DNA of 64,000 nucleotides from an uncultured Gammaproteobacteria bacterium (GTDB taxonomy: Bacteria; Pseudomonadota; Gammaproteobacteria; Arenicellales; JAANXG01), in contig CAMYNX010000001.1 in assembly GCA_947259875.1 (NCBI GenBank), positions 13,755-77,754 of the forward strand, given 5' to 3'. The notes beneath the pieces are model-generated. The model saw only the letters and a list, made by a program, of their open reading frames with translations, made no database searches and had not been told where the DNA came from. This document shows, in pieces, positions 31,612-42,352 of the stretch (positions are counted from its first letter, which is position 1; every line of letters starts with the position of its first letter). Made by a program: the position numbers and the translations under genes.

Positions 31612-32907
31612 ATGAAAGGTGCTGTTCGTGTAGATAACTTAGGAAAACAATATGTGATTGGTGGCGCCGAGCAAATCTATAGATCTTTTCGCGAGATGGT
31701 TGCTGGTGTTTTTACATCGCCGTTCCAAAAATACCTGAAGTTAAAGGGGGCAGTAAGAGAAAAAGATAAGTTCTGGGCTTTGAGAAATGTGAACTTTGAA
31801 ATACGACCCGGAGAGGTAACCGGCATTATAGGACAGAATGGTGCAGGGAAAAGCACACTCCTAAAAATATTGAGTCGAATAACCTGCCCAACAGAAGGAA
31901 GGGCTATTTTAAGTGGAAAAGTAGCCAGTCTGCTTGAAGTTGGCACTGGATTTCATCCTGAACTTACAGGCCGTGAAAACATATATCTGAACGGCACAAT
32001 ACTAGGTATGACACAAAAGGAAATTCGATCCAGGTTCGATGATATTGTGTCATTTGCTGAAATCGAAGTGTTTTTGGATACCCCGGTTAAGCGCTATTCA
32101 AGTGGAATGTACGTTCGTCTGGCATTTTCCATAGCAGCCCATCTTGATCCGGATATACTAATCGTGGATGAGGTCTTAGCGGTGGGAGATGCTTTGTTTC
32201 AAGATAAGTGTCTTAGAAAACTGAGTTCCGCGTCTAAAGAGGGAAGGACTGTTTTATTTGTAAGTCACAACTTGAAAATGATTTCGGCTCTATGTGATTC
32301 GTGTATTGTGCTTAATAAAGGCAACTTACTATCTATGGGAAATGTTACAGATCAAGTTAATTTGTATCTTTCTAAACTATCGAACGAAACAGAACTCGTT
32401 ACAGACAGAGAGGAAACGAAAGAACATGGTCCTATGGTAATTGATGACGTCCGGATATTTTCTACAGCAAATAACAGTTCAGTGATTAAATTAGGTGACG
32501 ACGTTGCTTTTGAATTTAATTACAAAGCAGATAATTTGCGCGGTAAAGCTATTTCATTCGGGTTTTCGTTACAAGATATTACCTCTGGTGAGTTTGTCTT
32601 AGTGTATTACAGTGAATTCAATAACATGTATTTTTATGACGTTAATGGCCAAGGGACTATCAGATGTCTGATTGATAGACTCCCAGTAGTACCAGGAAAG
32701 TATCTTGTTGCTTGTCGAGCGGTGGCAAACAACCGAGAAATATACTTTAAAGAAAATCTAACCACCGTCATTATCAAGGAAGGCGACTATTACGGTACCG
32801 GCCGTCTAGGTCATCGCGCGGCAGAGCTTACAAAGATCTTAATTGACGGGGAGTGGGAGCATCACGTTGGTGAAACTATACATGGCGACGTGGGTGAACT
32901 GAACTAA
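31612..32907 (+). CDS. wzt: Polysaccharide/O-antigen ABC transporter ATP-binding protein with C-terminal Wzt_C-like domain
   Basis: Walker A GQNGAGKSTLLK, signature YSSGMYVRLAF, Walker B ILIVDEVLAVGD. An extra beta-rich C-terminal region of about 175 aa follows (IDDVRIFS...LPVVPGKYLVACRAV...), as in Wzt proteins that bind capped glycans. Confidence 0.9.
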   Translation: MKGAVRVDNLGKQYVIGGAEQIYRSFREMVAGVFTSPFQKYLKLKGAVREKDKFWALRNVNFEIRPGEVTGIIGQNGAGKSTLLKILSRITCPTEGRAILSGKVASLLEVGTGFHPELTGRENIYLNGTILGMTQKEIRSRFDDIVSFAEIEVFLDTPVKRYSSGMYVRLAFSIAAHLDPDILIVDEVLAVGDALFQDKCLRKLSSASKEGRTVLFVSHNLKMISALCDSCIVLNKGNLLSMGNVTDQVNLYLSKLSNETELVTDREETKEHGPMVIDDVRIFSTANNSSVIKLGDDVAFEFNYKADNLRGKAISFGFSLQDITSGEFVLVYYSEFNNMYFYDVNGQGTIRCLIDRLPVVPGKYLVACRAVANNREIYFKENLTTVIIKEGDYYGTGRLGHRAAELTKILIDGEWEHHVGETIHGDVGELN

Positions 32908-32963
32908 ATAATTGCGGACAACTTGTATTTAGCGATGGGTTATGTAGTGCTTTGCATCGTAAC

Positions 32964-33743
32964 ATGGGTCTAAGTATCAATACGCTTAGGCAAGTAAAAC
33001 ATGGATCAAGACGTTGGCTATGGAATGTCTTATATCAAGGTTGCAAATATATTGTGCTCCGGCGACTTAACGGAACCATCGCGTCCGGACTATTTAAAGG
33101 GATGCAGTTTACAACGTCATATATTTCCAGTATGCCCATGCCGAAAATATTGGGTACATACGAAAAAGAGATTCAAGAGGTCTTACAGAAATGGAGGTAT
33201 GAAAAATTTAATCGTTTTATTGACGTCGGCGGGGCAGAAGGATTCTATGCGGTAGGAATAGCCAAACAATTTAACGTTAAAGAAGTGATTGTTTACGAAA
33301 TGCTTGAAGAAGGGCAGGTAATGATTCGTATGCTCGGCGAGCAAAACCGCATCTTGCCATGCGTAAAAATATATTCTAAATGTGAAGAACATGATTTATA
33401 CGAAATATGTGATGAGCGCGCCAAAGATTTAGTGCTCATTGATGTTGAGGGCGCCGAGATCGATTTATTGAGCTCAAGAGTTGTCGAGAAGCTTCGCAAC
33501 AGCACGGTACTGGTAGAAGCCCATGATTTTAAAGTAACTGATTGTACTAATCTTGTTAATCAGAAGCTTTCTAGCACACATGTGACAAAGATAATCTCCA
33601 GTAACTTGCGAAAAAAGACGGATTTTCCGCTTTACTATCCGTTCCCTAAAGCAATTAAACTCGCCATGATGGATGAGCAACGACCAGAGATAATGAATTG
33701 GATCATTGCTAGCCCCAAAAAACACGGTATATGCCTGTCCTAG
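32964..33743 (+). CDS. FkbM-family SAM-dependent methyltransferase
   Basis: GTYEKEIQEV...FIDVGGAEGFYAVGIAKQF matches the FkbM pattern (G-x-Y-E ... DVGAN-G). The track start is TTG 32952; the first ATG is at 32964. Confidence 0.75.
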   Translation: MGLSINTLRQVKHGSRRWLWNVLYQGCKYIVLRRLNGTIASGLFKGMQFTTSYISSMPMPKILGTYEKEIQEVLQKWRYEKFNRFIDVGGAEGFYAVGIAKQFNVKEVIVYEMLEEGQVMIRMLGEQNRILPCVKIYSKCEEHDLYEICDERAKDLVLIDVEGAEIDLLSSRVVEKLRNSTVLVEAHDFKVTDCTNLVNQKLSSTHVTKIISSNLRKKTDFPLYYPFPKAIKLAMMDEQRPEIMNWIIASPKKHGICLS

Positions 33744-33856
33744 AAATAGTTTTCGCAAAGGCCCGTAAATATTATTAAAAATAATATCAATCGTATACCA
33801 CTGTTGCTACGGGAAAGTTAGAAAGTCTTAGAAGGTCACATCGGCCGGAAAATATT

Positions 33857-35209
33857 GTGAAAGGCACTATATTGTTTATATCGCCTAGCGCTTATCCTAT
33901 TGGGGGTGTTGCGACATGGTTGGATTACGTTTCAAAAGGTCTACAGGAAAAAGATTGGCGAGTTGTCGTAGGCCTTGCCTCTGGGAAATGGCACGATGCA
34001 GAAACATACAGAGAAAAACATGGCTGTTTGACGGTTAGGCCAATAAACAATAACTCTGGTTCCAGAGAAGGTCGTATTCGGGCAATTGAAGATATTATAA
34101 AACGAGTCAATCCAGAATTAGTGGTTGGCGTAAATATACCCGATTGCTATATAGCCGCGTTAAGAAGTCGTGCGATTAAAGTATGGCCGAAAATTGTGAT
34201 GACAGTGCATGCGATACAACCAGACTTCTACGAAGATATAAGAAAGTATTCTGAGGTGCTAGACGGCGTAATCTGTACCAACAAACTTGCTTGTGAGTTA
34301 GCGAAGGTGGATTCTGGGTTTAACGAGAAGCAAATATATTATGCGCCCTATGGTGTGTCAGTTAATAGTAAAAACAATATAATTAGAGCGCCCGGGGATC
34401 CGCTAAGGCTTGCATATGTTGGACGTTTAGAGCAATGGCAAAAACGTATTCATGATTTACTGCCCATTTTGGCGCACTTAGAAGATGCTGGAATTAATTA
34501 TCAGCTACTTATTGCTGGAACCGGACCTGAAGAAACCTGGATCAAGAGTCAATTTGGGTCTCGGATTGAAAAACAATTTGTTCAGTTTCTTGGTGAAGTT
34601 CAATTACATGAAATGAACAAAATAGTTTACGATCGGACTGACGCATTAATCGTAACATCAGCGTGGGAGACGGGGCCAATCAACATTTGGGAGGCAATGG
34701 CATCGCGGGTCCCTGTTGTGACAAGTCAATATATTGGGTCGGGTTTAGAAAATGTTTTAAGTAACAACAAAAACTGTCTGACCTTTACAATCGGAAACAC
34801 ACGGCAAGCAGCAGAATGCATAATGCAATTACTAGACAGGAGCATTAGAGAAAAGATAGTACGAGGTGGACATCGACTCGTAACAACAAAATACAATAAA
34901 AAGTTATCGGTTGAAGCCTGGGACCGTTGCTTCACGAGTATTTTGGTGTCTTCGGATAACAAGGAAGGAGTCAAACAGCCATTGACAATTACTCCCGGTG
35001 GGCGTCTTGATCGAATATTTGGGATAAGATTGGGTGAAACGATACGTTGCACATTCGATAGGAGATATGCCCATCAATCAGCCGGCTCGGAGTGGCCACA
35101 TTCGTATGGCATTCGTGAAGTTCATGATTCATCATTTTGGTCTATGGCTAGACGGCTAGACGAGGTCGCCGCCGAGGAAAATTCTCAGACCCAAAGTCGC
35201 GCAAGTTAA
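33857..35209 (+). CDS. Glycosyltransferase, GT4 family
   Basis: GTG start. N-terminus ILFISPSAYPIGGVATW. C-terminal IVTSAWETGPINIWEAMASRVPVVTS. Confidence 0.82.
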   Translation: MKGTILFISPSAYPIGGVATWLDYVSKGLQEKDWRVVVGLASGKWHDAETYREKHGCLTVRPINNNSGSREGRIRAIEDIIKRVNPELVVGVNIPDCYIAALRSRAIKVWPKIVMTVHAIQPDFYEDIRKYSEVLDGVICTNKLACELAKVDSGFNEKQIYYAPYGVSVNSKNNIIRAPGDPLRLAYVGRLEQWQKRIHDLLPILAHLEDAGINYQLLIAGTGPEETWIKSQFGSRIEKQFVQFLGEVQLHEMNKIVYDRTDALIVTSAWETGPINIWEAMASRVPVVTSQYIGSGLENVLSNNKNCLTFTIGNTRQAAECIMQLLDRSIREKIVRGGHRLVTTKYNKKLSVEAWDRCFTSILVSSDNKEGVKQPLTITPGGRLDRIFGIRLGETIRCTFDRRYAHQSAGSEWPHSYGIREVHDSSFWSMARRLDEVAAEENSQTQSRAS

Positions 35210-35233
35210 CATAATAGCTGGGGATTAAAACGT

Positions 35234-36157
35234 ATGGTCTCGCTAACTATAACTGTCTGTATTTGCACGTATAATCGAGCAAAATACCTGGCACATACGC
35301 TTTCTAGCCTGACCCAATTGAAAGATACGGAGACTTTAAGTTGGGAACTTCTTGTAATCGATAACAACTCCAAAGATCAGACGAAGTCAATTATCGACGA
35401 ATACAACAATCAACTCCCTATACGATACGTTCGTGAAACCGAACAAGGATTGTCACACGCGCGCAATAGGGCGTTGAGAGAATGTAATGGCAAAGTTTTG
35501 ATCTTCATGGACGACGACGTTAAAGTCGATATTGATTGGTTATCTGCCTATGCAGACGCCGTAAATCGCTTTCCAGATGCTGATTATTTCGGTGGGCGAA
35601 TATTACCTCAATGGGTGACTGAAAAACCAAAATGGATTAGAGACGAAACAATGCCCCTCATAGGAGGACTATTAGTCATATGCGATAATGGCGTGGAAGC
35701 TCGCTATTACCGTAACACTGATGTAGGCCCTTTCGGTGCGAGCTTTGGAATACGACGCCGTCTGTTCGAAAAATTGTCACCATTTAGGGTGGATCTTGGG
35801 CCTAAACTTGATATCCCTGGGCGCGGTGATGACTACGAGTATCTGCTACGCGCTAAGCGTGCCGGTTATCGTGGCATTTATTGTGGGCCCGCTCTGTGTT
35901 ACCACCAAACCGATCCGAGAAGACTACGAATTAGGTATATGTATCGCTTTGGTGTACAAAAAGGAATTGCGGAGAAAAGAATTTCAATTGAAAAACATTC
36001 TGCTGGATCGATTATTCGCGAACTCAATTATGGAATTCGCGGACTGTTGCAATTGTGCAAAGGTCGTGGTGATCGTTTCCGGCAATGTGTGATCAATATG
36101 GGAATTCAACGCGGACTGCGACAAAACATATGCAATATAGAGGGCACACGAATATAA
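35234..36157 (+). CDS. Glycosyltransferase, GT2 family
   Basis: LTITVCICTYNRAKYL...ELLVIDNNSKDQT...VLIFMDDDV (DXD). Confidence 0.85.
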   Translation: MVSLTITVCICTYNRAKYLAHTLSSLTQLKDTETLSWELLVIDNNSKDQTKSIIDEYNNQLPIRYVRETEQGLSHARNRALRECNGKVLIFMDDDVKVDIDWLSAYADAVNRFPDADYFGGRILPQWVTEKPKWIRDETMPLIGGLLVICDNGVEARYYRNTDVGPFGASFGIRRRLFEKLSPFRVDLGPKLDIPGRGDDYEYLLRAKRAGYRGIYCGPALCYHQTDPRRLRIRYMYRFGVQKGIAEKRISIEKHSAGSIIRELNYGIRGLLQLCKGRGDRFRQCVINMGIQRGLRQNICNIEGTRI

Positions 36158-36281
36158 ACGTTGACACTATCGCAAGTTTAAATTTGAATTAAATGCTATA
36201 GATTAAATATATATTTTCGTTCTAACCACCGCTTTCTTTTCAATCAACGTTTTTAACGCTATTTCATAAACAGACTGTTAC

Positions 36282-37265
36282 ATGAACGGTAGGATTGACG
36301 ACCTCGTTAGTGCAATCATTCCAGTATTTAATAGACCAGATCTGTTAATTGAAGCCGTCAACAGCGTCCTTGCGCAAACCCATCGACCTGTAGAAATCAT
36401 CATCATTGATGATGGTTCAACTGACAGGACTCCGCAGGTAGCTAAAAGCTTAGCCGCGCAACATCCCGAAGAAATTATATATCGACGACAAGCGAACCAG
36501 GGACCTGGCGCTGCACGAGAACTTGGAAGACAAACAGCAAAAGGAGAATTTATCCAGTATCTTGACAGCGACGACTTGCTTTCTCCGGATAAATTCGAAA
36601 CACAAGTTGAAGGCCTTCGATCAAACCCCGAGTGTGCCGTGTCATATGGAATGACTCGCTATTATCGCATTGGAGAATCTCCACAAGATATTGCACATAA
36701 ACGCACCGGTGAAAGAATTGACAAGATGTTTCCGGCGTTCCTGCAATCTAGATGGTGGTCCACTTCGACACCGTTGTTTACCAGAAGTATCTGTGATCGT
36801 GCAGGGGCCTGGTTAGATCTGAGTAACGAGGAAGATTGGGAATACGATTGCCGCGTAGCAAGTTTTGGAGTCCGTTTACATTATTGTCCACAATTTGTTT
36901 CCGATACACGGGACCACGATAGTCATCGAGTATGTCAGGACGTTACAAATTCTTCCGAGGTACTTAAAGATAGGGCGTACGCGCATGAACTTATATATCA
37001 ACACGCAATTAGGACGGGCATAAAAGAGGATACGCCGGAAATGCGGCACTTTGCCAGAGAGCTATTTTTTTTATCTCGACAGTGCGGTTCCGCCGGATTG
37101 TCGAATGAGGCAAAGAAATTGTTTTCGCTTGCTCGGGATGCCTCCGGAGCAAAAGGCAACAAGGCGGAGTTTATAATTTATAAACACCTCGCTACTTTGC
37201 TTGGCTGGTCTCGTATGGGTGCGGTTAGTGAAAAATTGGACTTGTTACGTTCTAAAATAAGTTAG
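36282..37265 (+). CDS. Glycosyltransferase, GT2 family
   Basis: VSAIIPVFNRPDLL...EIIIIDDGSTDRT...IQYLDSDD (DXD). Confidence 0.85.
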   Translation: MNGRIDDLVSAIIPVFNRPDLLIEAVNSVLAQTHRPVEIIIIDDGSTDRTPQVAKSLAAQHPEEIIYRRQANQGPGAARELGRQTAKGEFIQYLDSDDLLSPDKFETQVEGLRSNPECAVSYGMTRYYRIGESPQDIAHKRTGERIDKMFPAFLQSRWWSTSTPLFTRSICDRAGAWLDLSNEEDWEYDCRVASFGVRLHYCPQFVSDTRDHDSHRVCQDVTNSSEVLKDRAYAHELIYQHAIRTGIKEDTPEMRHFARELFFLSRQCGSAGLSNEAKKLFSLARDASGAKGNKAEFIIYKHLATLLGWSRMGAVSEKLDLLRSKIS

Positions 37266-37458
37266 AACATGGCATGAAGACATCTTAACCTTGCAAGTAT
37301 ATCGTTATTAGAGTGTTTTTCTGGCGAAAAGCTATTGCCAACCGGTTTTAAAAAATGTCTATCCATCCTAACTAGCGGTCTGCAATAAAGACATCATTAT
37401 CTCGTCTCCTTGGTTAAACAATTGCCCGTATGTCCAAATAAAGCGAGTTATGAACTAG

Positions 37459-38424
37459 GTGGGTAAGGGTTATCTAGATGTGTCGGTTGTGATGAGTGTT
37501 AAGGACGATGAACATTTCGTAGCACAATCTGTTGAAAGTATCCTTGAGCAAAATGATGTCGATTTCGAATTCATAATTGTGAATGATGGATCGACCGATA
37601 GGACTGGAGAAACAATCGCTAAATTCCAACGTAAAGATAGCAGAATTAAGGTCATCGAACAGAAACATAAAGGCTTGACGAACGCTTTAATAACTGGGTG
37701 CATACTGGCAAATGGCAAATACATAGCGAGGCAGGATGCAGGCGGCGACGTTTCTTTACCAGGCAGGCTACGAAGTCAATTCGAGCTATTAGAAGGTGAC
37801 GACGATGCTGTGATGGTTGGCAGCGGCGCGAGATTTGTTGGACCCCATGGTGAATATCTGTACGACGCTGTAATGTCCCAAGACGAACTCGATCAGGGCC
37901 TTCGCAGTTTGACCATTACAAGCGTTAGAAGTCCCCCTCACTGTTGCGCAATGATGCGAAATTCAGCTTATAAGAAAATTGGCGGATATCGTGGCGTATT
38001 TTACGTGGCACAGGATCTGGATCTATGGATGCGACTTTATGAGACCGGCAAAACTATTGCCGACGAGACAATTCGCTACGTAGCCAAAGTTCGTCCTAGA
38101 GATATCAGTAATTTGTATAGAAAACGTCAAATAGAAACCACCAAATTTATTCTCGAGGCCGCGAGATTAAGACGTTCGGGTCGGGATGATACTGTAATGC
38201 TAGATCTCGCGAAACAAACAAAACAAGAAAAACCGCGATCAAATATTGGTCGAAAGTTATACAACAACAATCAAGAAGCAAAGGGCTTGTACCATATTGG
38301 GGCTTGCATCAACTTAACGGATAGTGAGAGGGCACGTCATTATTATCGCCTTGCACTTAGGAAGCAGCCTCTTCATATACGCGCCTTATTACGATTGCTT
38401 TCAAGTTATCGAAATAAAGTATAA
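37459..38424 (+). CDS. Glycosyltransferase, GT2 family
   Basis: GTG start. VSVVMSVKDDEHF...EFIIVNDGSTDRT...ARQDAGGD. Confidence 0.8.
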   Translation: MGKGYLDVSVVMSVKDDEHFVAQSVESILEQNDVDFEFIIVNDGSTDRTGETIAKFQRKDSRIKVIEQKHKGLTNALITGCILANGKYIARQDAGGDVSLPGRLRSQFELLEGDDDAVMVGSGARFVGPHGEYLYDAVMSQDELDQGLRSLTITSVRSPPHCCAMMRNSAYKKIGGYRGVFYVAQDLDLWMRLYETGKTIADETIRYVAKVRPRDISNLYRKRQIETTKFILEAARLRRSGRDDTVMLDLAKQTKQEKPRSNIGRKLYNNNQEAKGLYHIGACINLTDSERARHYYRLALRKQPLHIRALLRLLSSYRNKV

Positions 38425-38695
38425 ACGTCGGCACTACTCCTCAGATGCAGACCGCATTTTCTTGCATGCCAAACTCGTAAGTTGAAAGAGTCCGTAATAC
38501 GAAAAAACTATGTGGTCGTACGTGTACGCTATTTTGAATGGCCATAGATTAAAAGACACATATAAGTCTGATATATCCATAGATAGTGTCCTTTGTTATT
38601 TTGAGATGCTTGGATAAACTAATTCGCCAGTGGCTAATCACAGCCAGGTATTTCGTTAATCAGTTGCTGGTCACGGGAGGAAAGACTTTTTCGGT

Positions 38696-39610
38696 ATGAA
38701 ATTGCATCGTGCGTCAACACTGGCCGTGGCAATACCAACGTATCGACGAGGCGGATTACTGATAAAAACAATCAAACAGATACTTTCCCTTAAACAAAGG
38801 CCGGATCAGATACTCGTTCTCGATCAGACGGAAAGACATACAAAAGAGACGGAATCGAAGTTGGAGGCTATGCAAACCGAGGGCGACATCGTATGGCAAC
38901 GGCTGAGCACACCGTCAATACCGCAGGCGATGAATATTGCTTTGATCGAGTCTGATTGTGACATTGTATTATTTTTAGATGACGATATAGAAATTACCAG
39001 CGAACTAGTTAAAGAACATATAGAGGGCCACAAGAACAGCAACGCGGTAGTCGTTGTTGGTAAGATAAAACAACCATGGCACCATCAAGACGTGGGAGGC
39101 GCAAAGTATAAGCAAAACTTTGGTTTCACATCTGATGTATCAAAGTATATAAATAGTGCCATGGCGGGCAATATGTCGGTAAACAGAACGAAAGCTATAG
39201 AGATCGGTGGGTTTGATGAAAACTTCGTACGTGTGGCCTACCGTTTTGAAGATGAATTTGCTCAAAGGGTAGCGAATGAAGGTTGCCAAATCTATTATCA
39301 CCCTGCGGCGAGTATATGTCATTTGAAGTTTAGCGAAGGTGGCACCAGGACGTTTGGTAACCATTTAACAACAATAAAACCCGATCATTCAGTCGGAGCT
39401 TACTACTTTTTTCTTCGTGCACCGGGAGTAAGACACCGTGGGTGGAACGTTATAAAGCGACTAATCAACGCCAACCTAACGAGACATCATTTCAAGAAAC
39501 CGTGGTGGATACCAGTTACGATCATCAGTGAACTGTCGGGGATAGTCTGGGCAGTGCGTTTATACCTGAAAGGTCCACGCTACATCAATGAAAAGCGCAG
39601 TCTATGTTAG
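38696..39610 (+). CDS. Glycosyltransferase, GT2 family
   Basis: LAVAIPTYRRGGLL...ILVLDQT...VLFLDDDIE (DXD). Confidence 0.8.
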   Translation: MKLHRASTLAVAIPTYRRGGLLIKTIKQILSLKQRPDQILVLDQTERHTKETESKLEAMQTEGDIVWQRLSTPSIPQAMNIALIESDCDIVLFLDDDIEITSELVKEHIEGHKNSNAVVVVGKIKQPWHHQDVGGAKYKQNFGFTSDVSKYINSAMAGNMSVNRTKAIEIGGFDENFVRVAYRFEDEFAQRVANEGCQIYYHPAASICHLKFSEGGTRTFGNHLTTIKPDHSVGAYYFFLRAPGVRHRGWNVIKRLINANLTRHHFKKPWWIPVTIISELSGIVWAVRLYLKGPRYINEKRSLC

Positions 39611-41022
39611 CAGCGTCTATCCTAGTTGCCTTAATATTATTTATATTATGTTTCAACAGCATACGGGCAACTGTTTTTATTGTTATAGCGGTAGGGATTA
39701 TCCAGGATCCAATCAGAAAGCTCGTACCTGAAGAACCTGTCTTTTTTGTTGTTATAGTGGGTATTTTTTTTGCTACAGGCATGATTGGTGCAATGCTTCG
39801 AAATGGTACGCGTTACTTCGCTCCATTATCTGGTATTAACAACCTTTTGTATTATCCGATAGTGTCGTTTTTAATTATTTTATTGATACAAACGTTCGCC
39901 ACAATCGTGCGTTATGATCAGGTCGTTTTGGCTATTGTTGGATTGAGTGGATATTTGGCGCCATTGTTAGCGTTGCCACTTGCGTATTCTTACGTGAATA
40001 CGCTAGAGGACATAAAAAGACTTCTCGCAGTGTATATTGGTTTTAATTGTTTTGTAGCATTGGGGGTATATCTTTCGTTTTTGGGTGTTGATTGGGCAAT
40101 TCTCCAACAGGTTGGGCAAGGTATTGTCATTTATGATTTAGGCACTGTATTAACAGCGCATTCTGGATTTGCGAGGAGTGCAGAAATCGCCGCTTGGCAT
40201 ATGGCGGCAAGCGTCTGCATGTTGGGAACACTTAGTGCTATAACGAATAAAACGTCTCAAAGATTGTGGTTTGCTTTTCTTATAGTGATTATGGTGGGCG
40301 GCATTGTTCTGACAGGACGGCGTAAAATGCTGATGGAAATATCTATATTTGTTTTCTTCTATTTTTCAATTTTAATATTTACTCGGACAACTGGAACAAA
40401 AGTTTTTGTGGGAACTTTGATATTAGGATTAGGACTTATGATTTGGTTAGGCCTACAAGAGATATTCCCGGAAAAATATGAAAGTCAGATTGACCTATAT
40501 CTGCAACGAGGTGCAACTGTTTTTGAGGATGCACCGCAACGTTTTTCAAATCTAGGGTTTGGAAGCTTACAAAGTGCATTACAGCGAGTTGGATGGTTGG
40601 GTGCTGGAATGGGGATAGGAAGTCAGGGAGCGCGCTATTTTAGCGACGTGTCTTTTATCTCGGTCATAGGCGGGTCGACGGAAGGTGGTCTAGGAAAACT
40701 TATCGTAGAGTTAGGTATACCGGGTCTTGCCCTTTTATTATGGTTGCTATGGCGAATCAATCAAAATATATCCAAGATATTGCAGTATTGTAATGTAGTC
40801 GACAAGACAGCAGCACATTTGGGCGTGGCTATATCGGCATTTCTTGTCACAAACATCTTCATATTTGTAGTGGCATCGCAAGTGTATGGAGACTTGTTCA
40901 TATTACTGCTGCTGGGGATGTTTGTAGGAATATTATTCGCTACGCCTAAAATCTTCGCTTCCAGGCGCTCGTACGTTGACGTTGAGGAAGGCACACAGAA
41001 ATACGCAAACCCGGTAACGTGA
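39604..41022 (+). CDS. Polytopic membrane protein, Wzy-like polymerase / O-antigen-ligase-like
   Basis: About 11-12 hydrophobic segments. LTGRRKMLMEI, then a large loop (PEKYESQIDLYLQRG...GWLGAGMGIGSQGARYF) and GGLGKLIVELGIPGLALLLWLL. This resembles Wzy/Wzy_C architecture rather than a Wzx flippase. Confidence 0.65.
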   Translation: MLAASILVALILFILCFNSIRATVFIVIAVGIIQDPIRKLVPEEPVFFVVIVGIFFATGMIGAMLRNGTRYFAPLSGINNLLYYPIVSFLIILLIQTFATIVRYDQVVLAIVGLSGYLAPLLALPLAYSYVNTLEDIKRLLAVYIGFNCFVALGVYLSFLGVDWAILQQVGQGIVIYDLGTVLTAHSGFARSAEIAAWHMAASVCMLGTLSAITNKTSQRLWFAFLIVIMVGGIVLTGRRKMLMEISIFVFFYFSILIFTRTTGTKVFVGTLILGLGLMIWLGLQEIFPEKYESQIDLYLQRGATVFEDAPQRFSNLGFGSLQSALQRVGWLGAGMGIGSQGARYFSDVSFISVIGGSTEGGLGKLIVELGIPGLALLLWLLWRINQNISKILQYCNVVDKTAAHLGVAISAFLVTNIFIFVVASQVYGDLFILLLLGMFVGILFATPKIFASRRSYVDVEEGTQKYANPVT

Positions 41023-42197
41023 GCAAAAGCCGACCACGTATTAATCTGGGAATTATCGCAACTCATCCTATTCAGTACCAGGCACCATGGTTTCGAGCGC
41101 TATCTGAGATTAGCAAGATACAGCTCAAGATCTATTATATTGTCATTCCAGATGACCGTCAGCAAGGGCAAGGTTTCAATCATGCGTTTGAGTGGGATGT
41201 TCCTCTATTGGACGGTTACGGCTGGTCAGTACTGAAGCCGAGCGGAACGAATAATTTGTCTCGCTTTTTTTCTACTAGAATAAACAAGTTAGGAGAGACC
41301 CTTCGAAAAGACAAAATAAATGTTTGTTTGATCACCGGATGGCAGTCATATGGATTATTACAAGCTCTTTTTTCTTGTAAAATATTAGGTATACGAACCT
41401 TGATAAGAGGAGAGTCGAACGCCATTCGTATACGACCTCTCTGGAAAAAACTTTTGCACCGTATTTATTTAAACCAATTCGATGCATTTTTAGCAGTCGG
41501 AATAGAAAACAAAAACTTTTATATAGAAAACGGAATCGAACTAACTCGAATATTTTGGTGCCCTTACTTCGTTGATAATGCGAGATTTATTAGACAAGCC
41601 GAAGTAGCAATCGGGAAAAGACAAGAGATTCGAAAAAGTTGGGGAATTATAGAAAAGGAAATATGTTTCGTTTTTGCAGGAAAATTTGAACAAAAAAAGC
41701 GCCTATCAGACATAATCAAAGCACTAAAAATAGCGCGACAAAAAAATCAAAGTATACGCTTGCTGGTTGTTGGTTCTGGAGAACAAGAAAGACAAGTCCG
41801 TCAGCTAGCGGTTAGTAACTCTTCTCCAGTCTCTTTTGCGGGATTTCTTAATCAAACAAAGATTAGTGACGCATACGTTGCTGCAGATTGTTTGATATTA
41901 GCTTCGGATTATGAAGAAACATGGGGCTTGGTCGTTAACGAAGCTATGGCTAGTGGCATACCGGCACTGGTTAGCGATCAAGTCGGTTGTGGTGCAGATT
42001 TAGTTATAGATGAGAAAACTGGATCAATATTTCGTTGTGGAGACATACAGGACTTATCGCAAAAGATGATATGGATGGCTGACAATCGCGATAAGTTGAA
42101 GCAAATGGGAACCAACGCGCGTAAACATATTGAGAATTACTCAATAAAAAGTGCCACTAAGGGGTTACTCGACGCAATGAAGGTTTTAAGCACCTAA
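41019..42197 (+). CDS. Glycosyltransferase, GT4 family
   Basis: GTG start overlaps the previous stop. C-terminal ILASDYEETWGLVVNEAMASGIPALVSDQVG. Confidence 0.85.
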   Translation: MSKSRPRINLGIIATHPIQYQAPWFRALSEISKIQLKIYYIVIPDDRQQGQGFNHAFEWDVPLLDGYGWSVLKPSGTNNLSRFFSTRINKLGETLRKDKINVCLITGWQSYGLLQALFSCKILGIRTLIRGESNAIRIRPLWKKLLHRIYLNQFDAFLAVGIENKNFYIENGIELTRIFWCPYFVDNARFIRQAEVAIGKRQEIRKSWGIIEKEICFVFAGKFEQKKRLSDIIKALKIARQKNQSIRLLVVGSGEQERQVRQLAVSNSSPVSFAGFLNQTKISDAYVAADCLILASDYEETWGLVVNEAMASGIPALVSDQVGCGADLVIDEKTGSIFRCGDIQDLSQKMIWMADNRDKLKQMGTNARKHIENYSIKSATKGLLDAMKVLST

Positions 42198-42352
42198 TAG
42201 TAAATGCAAAGTATGTAACACCTAGTATGAGACGACGTTCATTGTTTATATTGTTTTGCAGCCGTATCATGCGCGACGATTAAATACGATACACGGATTG
42301 ATTGGCAAAGATTTCGCCTAATAGTGTCGTTGTTTGTATTCATTGAATAATA

